Origin: Cycas panzhihuaensis
Lineage: Eukaryota; Plantae; Cycadophyta
DNA length: 64,000 nt
Assembly (NCBI GenBank): GCA_023213395.1
Contig: CM041465.1
Location: 203,305,741 to 203,369,740 of the forward strand
Reading direction: 5' to 3'
A model generated the notes under the pieces. It was given only the letters and a program-made list of their open reading frames with translations. It made no database searches and was not told the DNA's origin. This document shows positions 54,701 through 64,000 of the stretch, piece by piece (position 1 is the first letter of the stretch; each line of letters starts with the position of its first letter). The translations under genes and the position numbers were made by a program.

Positions 54701-57700
54701 TACTTCCTATTCTTAAATGTGCAAACTAGGTTAATGAGTAGATCAACTATTTACCATAGCAAAATGGCATCAGTACGATCATCAATTAAGGTGTGGAATG
54801 TAGATTTTTCACGCAATACCTCATGTACTTCATATTTTCTTTGTGTATTTACATTAATGAGGATGATGCCAGCGTAGGGCTATCTAGTAGAGAGATGACC
54901 AAACAAATGGAAGCAATAAGCATTGGATGAAGATTTGCATAAAATGATTTGGACACTGCAAGACAAGTTACAGATGAAGCAATTAAAAAAGTAAATGAAA
55001 AAATAAGGGAGGTAGCCATTAAGGAGAGAAGAAATTAGAGCAAACTTTGAACTTTTAACCCCAATCCACATTTTATGCAATCCAAATAGATGGTCTTTTT
55101 CTTTTTTTGGTTGGGAGAATGAGTTGTTCATAATAATCCAAGCCAATCCAAAATAGAATATGCAACAATTAATGTCAACCCAAGATAGAGCTTACACCAA
55201 TCTAGCATAGAACAAGCAACAACTAAGACAAATCTAGGATAGAAGAGATAATAATCATGGCCACCCATTAAAAATACAAAAATACAAGTAGTTAGTAGCC
55301 GTGCAAGCAGTGGCGGTTTCTTCTCCCTAGAAGACCTCTTCAAAAGCCCAATGTTTACAATGTTTTGCCTAAATTTAATGGTCCAAGTCTTATGGTGTTT
55401 TTTAGCAAACCCTAGTAGTTTGCGATGTAGGGTTGTTCTTGTGCCCACAACCTATATATACTTGCATAAACAAATAATTGTCTTCAATTGTGTGAGAGGA
55501 AGAAAGGATGGTGCAAATATTGATAAATAAACAAATAATCGTCTTCAATTGTGTGAGAAGAGCCAATCGAGGAAGAAAGGATGCTGCAAATATTGATAAA
55601 AATATTAGCCTTTATCTCTCTATTGTCTTGGGGCTTAAGGCTAACTAGGTACATTGCTACGCTTCCAAAAAAGAACAAATTTGGAAAATGGATATCTGGG
55701 AAAATATCAACTGCAAAGCTAAGACTTCAGTTACAGCATTCTTTTCTTTGCAAAGTTGATAAGCAAACTCAAGCGAAAAGATAATTTACGTGGTAACAAT
55801 TGCAAAGTGAAACAAATGTGGGCTTGCACTAAGGAAAACTTTAAAGAATAACTTATTATAAATAAGTCTAGATGGCTGCTAAATGCTTTCAATATTCTTA
55901 TAATATAAAATTAAGAACACATACGCAATGTTCAAGTTAAAAAATATTTAAATGCAAATGTATGCAGAAACGGAGAATAAAGTAAGACTTTGCATCATAT
56001 CTCGACAAATTAGGCAAATACGTCAGAGGAATTGCAATTATTTGAAAATTAGTTCCTCGAAAACTGGCGACAAAAAATCGTTTGGCAATATGGAACACTT
56101 TAAATCTACCGTAGGTTTCCACAGCTTGCTATTTGAAACTACATTTCATTAATGGTCTCATAATGACTCTTCTACAACACTAGTTCTCTAGGTTACATGG
56201 GGCAAGATGAGTACGGGTGCATTACAGGGGTTGCAGAAGTCTCAACCTATGGGTGGACCGGTGCATCTAAAATTTCTCAGAGAGCACGCCAGCGTCGATT
56301 TATGGGTGAGGCGGATGAGGGATATAACAGTCAGTCCTGCATCGCTACAGCTGAGATTTATTTTACATATCCGATCAAAATCCATTACTTGTCTGTCACC
56401 GAAGTTCGGTGCAGCATGGCAAAATAAAAATAAGCTTAACATCAGCAGCCATGGTAATCCACCCTAGTCTATCAATTTTCTACAAAACACAGTTTATAAA
56501 CATAGATGGAAATAAAACAAAATCTACCTTTCCTACAGTGAATTTAGGATTTAGACCCAGATCCAAGAGGGTAGGAATTTGACCGGGCTCGACGTCACCG
56601 CGGGCCGGCAACCCCTTGAGCTGCTCTGGAGGCTTGATTGTCTGTCGAACGTCCAATTTCTGCACCTTTTCCCTAAATCCCCCATAATTGGAGGGCATGT
56701 CCTCCAACTTGAAGGGCAGGTCATCCATATGATACAATGTACTTCCCCAAAAATACTTGGTCTCCGCTCCTTCCTCCTTCAATGCGGCTTTAATCTTCTC
56801 CTCTGCCTGGATCTCATCGTGAGAAACTTCCTGATGAGCATACAGAGCATCGGCACCGATGCTCTTGGCTAGCTCAACCAGAACATCCTCCGGCTTACCA
56901 ACCCTGACCACCAGATCCGAGCCTCGTTCCCTCAGATTTTCCCTTAAATTAGAGACACATTCTAGAAGAAACGTCGCCCTGTAGGGCCCCGTCTTATCAA
57001 AACCCGACGACGATTTACCGTAGTCGCGAGGGTCGAAGCAATAGACGGGAAGAACGGACGCAGACTCTTTGTTTGCCGTCGACAGAGCTTCATTGTCGTG
57101 AACTCTCAGATCGTTCCTGAACCACACGATGGACGCCTTGCGCAGAGCGGCGCCGTTGCTTGGATCTCCGGCATCCCTTCCGTTATGACAGAGATGAAGA
57201 TAATCTGGAAACACCGAAGTGAATTTGGCGGACGTTCTGGACAGTCTCGGGGCCGGGCATGGGATTTCCAGGGCCAAGCTCGCTTGAGTTGGTACAGGAC
57301 TGATGCACTTCTTCTGTGAGGGGAACGAAGAAGCCGGCTTAGTGCCGACCCTGCCTACCACCGCCCTGGGCAGGTGTTTGGCAGATTGAACTGTGGATGG
57401 AGGAGGTAAAAGGCCGGCCTTGGACAGAAGAAGATTGGAAGAGAGCATGGAACCCAGGGCTAGCGAAATCGAAGCTGCAGTGGGCACGGGACTGGTGTTG
57501 GCTGTGGGAATGGGGTTAGGTTTCGTGGAATGAGAATTATCAGAAGGGATTTGCGTGGGGGGTTCTGAGGGGATTTGCAGTTGAGCATTACTGTGTAATG
57601 CAGGAGGAGGAAGAGGAGAAGATCGGCGGAATTGGCGAGATAAAACTCTCTGCACATTGTGGTCGATTATGAGCTCCAGGTCCCCAAAACAGTGGCCATT

Positions 57701-57721
57701 GGAAGAATATACTGGAGCCAT
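42627..57721 (-). CDS. PHR2: PHR2-type photolyase/blue-light receptor (cryptochrome/photolyase family), 4 exons, 1608-nt CDS, 535 aa
   Basis: Photolyase N-terminal domain (IVWFRNDLRVHDNEAL...VLPVYCFDPRDYGKSSSGFDKTGPYRA...FWGSTLYH), followed by GGEAEALQRL, GANFSCKISPWLAMGCLSPR, GLNWLIFELLWRDFFRFITKKY and a PATA tail. All match plant PHR2 as recalled. All three introns are GT-AG with consistent phases (0,2,2). Exon lengths 1194+230+99+85=1608. Confidence 0.95.
42830..42928 (-). CDS. PHR2: PHR2 exon 3 (SVFSSAGKNSRAVSVDGGLNWLIFELLWRDFF)
   Basis: Acceptor CTCCTAG|ATC, donor AG|GTATGT, 99 nt, conserved ELLWRDFF motif. Confidence 0.93.
43164..43393 (-). CDS. PHR2: PHR2 exon 2 (DGKNPANASLIGGEAEAL...ELKKNEK)
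   Basis: Acceptor TTTTTGAAG|GAT, donor AG|GTGAAT, 230 nt. Confidence 0.93.
44700..50145 (+). mobile_element. Ty3/gypsy LTR retrotransposon, CRM-like chromovirus, full length but decayed, in PHR2 intron 1 (antisense to the gene)
   Basis: LTRs 44700-44902 and 49911-50145 (TGATG...CACCA). PBS TGGTATCAAAGC at 44906-44917. PPT AGGGAGGAAC at 49901-49910. TSD GAACC/TAACC. Internal remnants: gag (IPLFDG..LDDW), protease region (KPHPRPYTLGWV), RT (YLDD), RNase H, integrase, and a chromodomain-like C-terminus (YLVGRKG...AKWIPE). Confidence 0.93.
46022..49875 (+). pseudogene. Disrupted gag-pol of the CRM-like element
   Basis: ORF fragments 46022-46234, 46513-47250, 47521-47703, 49122-49538 and 49669-49875, separated by stops and frameshifts. 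Confidence 0.9.
51423..51700 (-). repeat. Tandem array of five units (periods 63,45,63,63 bp) derived from the copia RNase H N-terminal motif
   Basis: CTAAGTG anchors at 51435, 51498, 51543, 51606 and 51669. The minus strand reads like STTGxVxxLxxG-LISxSSK. Confidence 0.8.
53175..53259. repeat. Perfect 41-bp tandem duplication (period 44)
   Basis: AATGTTTTTAAAACATTACAAATTCTTGAAATATATTGAAC occurs twice. Confidence 0.93.
56528..57721 (-). CDS. PHR2: PHR2 exon 1 (398 codons: Ser/Pro-rich N-terminal extension plus photolyase alpha/beta domain)
   Basis: ORF 56480..57721. Donor AAG|GTAGAT after ...PKFTVGK. GC/CpG-rich. The start ATG is assumed to be the first in-frame ATG. Confidence 0.92.
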
Positions 57722-57922
57722 TATTAGCAGACAAAAGCCCTCTGCGAACTGGCGGGAGGATAAGGAAAAACCAGGCCCTCACGAACCTTTCTATATTGCA
57801 TTCATCTCTACGAGCAGACAGCATCCCAAGATTTTAGTGTTTTGATTAGGCAGGGAGCCTGATTTGTCCCCTGTACCCTTACCCAAACTGGGGTTAGGCA
57901 TCGCTAACCTGGGTTCGTTATA

Positions 57923-57966
57923 CACACGTGGTACTTGTCCCAACCACCCCACTGATCTGCTTATCT
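57923..57966 (-). promoter_or_regulatory. Candidate light-responsive module of the PHR2 promoter: G-box (CACGTG 57925-57930) plus I-box (GATAAG, minus strand, 57960-57965)
   Basis: The motifs lie ~200-245 bp upstream of the ATG in CpG-retaining sequence. G-box/I-box pairs are established light-response modules; function here is inferred. Confidence 0.5.
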
Positions 57967-60900
57967 CACCTAAACGCTCTAGCGTCCACCGAGCACACGC
58001 CATTCTTGGGGTCCACATTTGAAGTGAATCCCTTGTATTGCTAAGGTTGCAAGTCTATGCAAGTTTAATGTTATTAACTACATAAAGTTGCCTTAAAATG
58101 TAACTAGTCTAGTAGTTATAGTGCTATCTAAGACTCAAAAGCATTGCATATGTTAGATTGATTGCATGTATGATTAATTTATGGAGTTGATAGTTCGCTC
58201 CCTTCGTAAGAGAGTGTTTGGCATTCAACTTAAAGGCATGTGTTTGATAGCATAATTATACCACCAAACTTTGAGATAAGCACTTCAACCTTTGAATAAA
58301 AGTATTTGTATCCAATGTGGATACTAGGGGATGTTATGTCTCTGTTAAGCACTTGTGCCCTATTAAATACCTTTGCCATGTTCTCTTATGCTTGGACCTC
58401 TACCAACCTTACTTAAGGAATGTTAATCTATTCGTAAGTGGTCCAGATCACATGAAGGTGAGATCTAATGAAGATGCACCATTTCCATGCATAACATTAT
58501 AATCATCATCTATAGTACAAGTCAGTCAAAGTAGATTTACTTATTGATAAATTTCAACACCTACCATACAAACTCTCAAAAAGTTATACCACTTTTGCAC
58601 GCAAGGCTTAAAAAACCATTAATAATAGTTGTCAACATAAGTTTATCCACTTGTAAGTTCTAATCAATTTTACTAAAGTTTTGTGACTTTTGGTTAGGCT
58701 TGAAGGTCTATTGGAGATTATTTTTCATTATAAGGGAATATATTTGCTTGTAAAATGACCTTCCATAATACTATAATTATGCCATTAGATCCTTAGATAT
58801 TGATATATTGGTCAGCGTGCGATATTATGATATGGGTTTAGTACATTTGACCAACCATAATACTATTTCTCTTCATAATGACCCTTAGTTCTATTCTTGA
58901 GTTGACATGCGACCCAACTTCATTAGATGGATATACCCATACATGGCTAGGGTAAAATTTTAGTAGTACTTTTTTTCTTAGATAATAGATAGAAACTTCA
59001 TTTGTAGCCACCTTAAAGTTGAATTTATTGCATACATTATGATGACCTTTTTCCTTTCAACGAATTTCAAGGCAAATTTAACATGTTGAGATTGAGCATG
59101 ATCCATGGTAAATTATTTATTCTCAACCATAACCAAGGACCTTAATCGCGTAACTTGCAACTTATAACATATGGCCATAAATGCAACGCATGAGTGTATA
59201 CACCATAAGACCTAACTATACCATGAGAATGTACTCAACAGGCTTAAGAGGCCTTATCGCCTTAATTTAAACCATGGTTTAGATTGAATTCATTTATTTA
59301 ATACAAATGCATGAGGAGATTTAAACTATACATAACATATGCCATGATGCCTTTATTTCTAAATTTTCTCCCTCCTAAAGTCAAATAAGATATACATACA
59401 TAATGATCACCACTAATTCTCTTTTTCTTTTCTTATAACTTTTTTAAGGAAAATGGGACATCCTAAGTATTAAAATATTTTTAACAACTAATTCACTTCA
59501 ACAAATCACTAACATATGATCCCAACCACTCTAATTTGACTATTTTCAAACTTAGAAACTTGACCAAACAAGAAGCTAACTTAACCATTCACCTCTTTCA
59601 AAGACCAAGATGCACCACCTAAGGATCTATCTCAAGATTAATTTAATGAATTTTATGGACTTTTCTACATACTTAGCTAACATGACCTATATTAGTTTAT
59701 TTAAGCTTTGATTTGCTATGTCCCTAACTTTTAAGTAGAAGATAGACTTTAGTCTAGGTAATTGATGAAGAATGAATTAACCCTCATACCATGAATACAT
59801 ATTCAAGTGTGTATGGATTCTAAAATATATATTATGTACCTTATAAAACCTTCTAATAATTTCTTTAATGTGATAAAAAAATAACTAATCTATAGGAAAA
59901 AAGGAACTATATAATATACTTAATTGATATTTTCGTCTTAACTTATACTAATCAGATAAATTCAATATATATCAAAGAACTATACCATTCAATTTATAGT
60001 TTCTCCTTAAATCAACATAGGGTTTACAACCATGCACTTATTGGGTCATTAGTTGCCTTTACTAGCTTTTTATGCTTCTTACAATAATCCAAAGTATTAA
60101 GAATCATTCACTAATTTATTTTATTTCTTCTTTTATATGTTGTAACTATTTAATTGAAGCATCAGTTATATCAATAATCATAAAAATCCAACCAGAGCTT
60201 ACTTCCTAAAGGAAATGATAGTCAAGCATCCATTAGTTTTCGATCACAACATGGCATAAGAATCAACTTAAAAAGAATAATTATTTTAAAATGAAAATTT
60301 AATAGCATATGAATTTGCCTTTGAAAAATATAGTATGATTGGAGTTATCATCTACTTTAGGAGTAGGTTCTAGTGACAATTAATTTAACAATCAAACTCA
60401 TAAATATATGACTATCAGGTTTAGTTTTAATACTACTACTAATGTAGTTTACACTTCTGACTGTAAAATCTTTTCCTCGTTTAGAAAAGAAAGGTAACAA
60501 TAGCACATAATTTAAATATAAAAGCAATAAGTTACCCACCTTATTAACAATCTAAAATGTATTACTTTCTAATGTGCATTATATATCACTATCACACATA
60601 GACCTTACTCAGAAAGAGAAGTGCATGAATTATTTCTTTTAATCAAATTATCTAGAATTTTTAATAAATATTTATATATGTCAAGCATCTATAATATATT
60701 TATTTATAATCCAAGAAGATAGACAACTTATCTCATTACCACGCAAATTTAAACTATATTGCTTAGAGAAATTCACCACTCGACCTTTCCAAACTTGTCA
60801 TAAGAACTATTCTCAAACTTAGGCATGTGATATGCACATTAGAAGAAGTGAAGAAAGTGGAGCATCTCATCTTGTAGAAATATTAGCCCAAAATAAGGTA

Positions 60901-61272
60901 TTAAACCATATAAAAGTCTTTTATTAGTGGCCTCACACCATATATCAGATATTCACCTTTTGGCTTCTCACCACATATGACGTCACACCCTGTGGAATAC
61001 CCAATACAAAAGTACTCTAATGGCATCACACAATATCTATTTTGTTATATACAATACCTTAACTTCATGCAATAATAGAGCTCTTCATAAATTATTGATT
61101 ACAAATAGAGAAAATAATTGTTTAAGATTTCTACTCTAAAACTACTTCCTAATTGGAAAAACTCTCTCTCTTTATTTTACATGGGAAAATAAATCATATA
61201 TTTGAAGTTTATTTCATTAAAGAATACATGTACTTCAAAAGTCAAGCATATCTTAAGTTCTCTTATGATGAT

Positions 61273-64000
61273 TGAAAAGAGTGGATCTATCCTTCATCTC
61301 CATGCACTAAACACAAAGGCAAACATAGGAGCAAGAGAGACTTAAGAGAAAGAAAGTAGCTCTCACAAAATGGGGAGGTAAGAATGAATTTCCTCCATTG
61401 AGCTTTTACTTTTATATTAAGAGAGAGCGCATTAGAGTTAGGTAAAATGAAATTACACATAATGCACATGAAAGTGCATTTCACTTAAGTGATCTAATTT
61501 AAAGTTCACTTAAGACCCTTTTTAGAAATAATCAACTAATATAATGACCTTGTGACATTAACCCTTTTCAATCTCCCCCTTAATGGTAGAAGGTCATTTC
61601 ATCCTATTTTATTCTATCCTATGAGGTCTTCATTTGAGCCTCTTATAAAGCAAACTACTATGACACTTTTGTGGGAAACTCTCATGGGGAAGAAAACCCA
61701 CAAATTTTCTTATCTACTAACTTGGCTCAAATGACTCTTTAAATGAAGCCAGATAGCCAATCAATATAATGAATTTTATAACTAAAATCTATTGAGTCTC
61801 CATATACCATTTGGTCATCCCCCATGCCTTTTAAAGTTTTCATAGGTTCTGATTTTCTAAAATGATACAACCCTTATCCTTTCGTACCCACAAGGGGTTT
61901 TCACGAATGAGATAGAGCAGAGACTTACTCTTGTCCTTTCACGCCCACAAGGGGTTTTCAGGAATGAGACAGAGTATGATGGTCTTATTATCATCTCCTT
62001 CAATCAGTCGGAGATGGAAGCCCTAAGGCTGAGTTGCTTTCGAAATTGTTTAAACTTCATCCTCTTTAGTGGTTTGGTGAAGATATTAAGCACTTGATCT
62101 GTTGTGGGGCAGTACTCTAGTTGAATTGTGCCATCATGAACTAGTTCTCTAATCTTGTGGACTTTTGTACTTATATGTTTAGTACGATCATGAAATACAG
62201 GATTTTTAGCCATTTGGATTGTAGATTGATTATCTACATGTAAGCTAGTAGAACTTGTTTGGGTGGCATTTAATGTATTCAACAATTTTCTAAGCCATAT
62301 CACCTCCTTGCTTATCTAAGAAGCAGCAATATACTCAGCTTTGGCAGTTGAGTCTGCAATTATCTTCTATCGTTTGGATCTCCATGATATTGGTGCTATT
62401 CCAAGAAATGTTACGTACCTAGATGTAGATCTTCCAGTGTCTTTATCTCTGGAAAAGTTTGAGTCTGTGTATGCATAAAGTTTAAATTCTATATTGGGTT
62501 CATACAACAAACCATATTTGTTGGTCGTCTTTAGGTACCTCAACACTAATATTGCAGCTTGCCAATGATTCTTCTTAGGATTTATCATGAATCTTACAAG
62601 AATGCCAACAGAGTGTGTAATATCTGCCCTTGTGCTGGTAGTATAGATGAGACTACCTACAAGTTGCCTGTAGAGTGTTGCGGCAGCCTCCCTAATGTCA
62701 CCATCAGCTGAGAGTTTAATATTAGGATCCATAGGTGTATCCACTGATCGAGCACCTTCTAACTGAAACTTTGTCACAAGATCGTTGATATATTTTTCTT
62801 GGGAGAGAAAGGTTTTGCCATTCTTTTGAGTTACTTCAATTCCCAAGTAATATTTCATCAACCCAAGGTCAGACAATTTAAAAGTTTTAGCAAGGTCCTT
62901 CTTTAGCTGGCTGATTACTTGTTCACTATTTCCCGTTATTAGCATGCCATCCACAAAGATTAAGAGGTAAGTGACTTTATCATTTTGGCACTTGATGAAT
63001 AATATTGCATCAATATCTTGATAGTCACAAACCTCATATCCAAGTTGCCTTATTCTTTCAGACAACTTGGTAAACCAAGCACGAGGGGCTTGCTTTAGGC
63101 TGTACAAGGACTTTTTGAGCTTGCAAACCTTATGCTAATGACTAATAATCTCGTATCCTTCTGGATGAGCCATGTAAATTTCTTCTTTAAGGTCCCCATT
63201 AAGAAATGTGGTCTTAACATCAAGTTAGTGGATTTTCCAAACCTGTTGAGCAGTTAAGGCTATAAGAGTTCTGATTGTAGGCCACATGGTTGTAGGAGCA
63301 AAGATTTCAGTGTAGTCGATGCCTTCCCTTTACGTGAATCCTTTTGCTACCAACCTCGCCTTGTGATTTTCTGGGGTCCCATATGATCTGTACTTATTTT
63401 TGAACACCCATTTATTTTGAAGTACCTTTCTTCCAAGTAGTAGATCAACAAGCTCCCATGTATTGTTCTTAATAAGAGATTGGTACTCTTTGTTCATGGA
63501 ATTTCTCCAAGCTACATGCTTTACAGCTTCTTGGTATGTTAGGGGCTCTTCATTAAAAGCAAGATGCAGTTCTGTTGGTTCAAGCTTAATGGAAAGTGAT
63601 TCATGTATCCTTGCTCTATGGGCACTTCTAGTGCCAATTTTGCCTACCTCATCTGGTCGTATGTCCTTGTGTAGTTGGTAGGCTTCATGAAAACCTCGAG
63701 TTGGGAATGAGTTTTTATTTCCATAACCTCTTGATCTTCGTTTTGATCCTGAAAAGGATCATATGAAATATTTAGCACAGAGGAAGTTGACGATGCTGGA
63801 GAAGATGGGCCAGCCATAGATGTTGGAGAAGATGATCCTTCTACTATGGCTTTGCCTTTGTCAACTTGGCTATTCATAAATGACGGTGTTGGATGTGTAC
63901 ACATTGGCTAGGAGTCACAGCTTGTATCCTTCGAGGCTCTATCGTTAAATTCCAAGATTTTAAGCAACCGTCCAGCATCTCCCCCCCTAAACTTTGGAAT
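61273..64000 (-). mobile_element. Ty1/copia element, 3' part only (RT, RNase H, 3' UTR, PPT, 3' LTR); continues beyond the window
   Basis: RT/RNase H ORFs 62367-63107 and 62004-62303. PPT TCTCCCCCTTAA at 61572-61583. Putative LTR 61273-61570, bounded by the TGAAAAG...CTTTTCA inverted repeat. Predicted TSD ATGAT. Confidence 0.88.

Larger units (their letters stand above)
50158..55015. repeat. Old ~590-bp tandem duplication in intron 1. Copy 1 (~50158-50654 plus 54377-54425) is split by the 3.7-kb LTR element; copy 2 is ~54426-55015
   Basis: Collinear shared blocks include AATTTACAACTAA, GAAACTAAAATAT, AATACATCC.TCAAAAATACT, CATCAATTAAGGTGTGG and CAATTAAAAAAG. Confidence 0.75.

Noticed and set aside
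56197-56467. Three overlapping ORFs and a 15-bp palindrome (CACCGAAGTTCGGTG) near the start of intron 1
   Set aside because: No homology or splice support; compatible with CpG-retaining proximal intron sequence.
56480-56527. Last 15 codons of the 413-aa ORF as the true C-terminus
   Set aside because: A canonical donor at 56527 and three downstream exons complete PHR2, so this is intron read-through.
56579-57845. Plus-strand ORFs overlapping PHR2 exon 1
   Set aside because: Antisense shadows of a GC-rich exon with no recognisable motifs.
58050-61270. AT-rich region upstream of PHR2
   Set aside because: No terminal repeats, TSDs or coding remnants that I could support.

Overview
Eukaryotic, AT-rich, CpG-depleted land-plant nuclear DNA. 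A large-genome gymnosperm-type seed plant is inferred from the repeat landscape and the 13-kb intron, but this is not proven. There is one intact host gene: a PHR2-type photolyase/blue-light receptor on the minus strand, with 4 exons, join(57721..56528, 43393..43164, 42928..42830, 42711..42627), 535 aa. About 70% of its 13.1-kb first intron is two LTR-retroelement insertions. Nearly everything else is nested, decayed retroelements: three ordinary Ty1/copia elements, one CRM-like Ty3/gypsy element, two RNase-H-bearing L1 LINEs, one tRNA-derived SINE, a non-autonomous copia derivative, and a cluster of old non-autonomous gypsy-like elements. The most unusual structure is an old copia-derived element (~25850-39706). 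Its protease-integrase-RT core is replaced by unrecognised sequence plus a captured fragment of an At1g05150-like TPR gene. That cargo is joined in frame to the RNase H C-terminus and is only a few frameshifts away from forming one ORF with gag. A fragment of a UPL1/2 HECT E3 ligase lies just upstream. All identities and family assignments were made by eye or from memory, without database searches.
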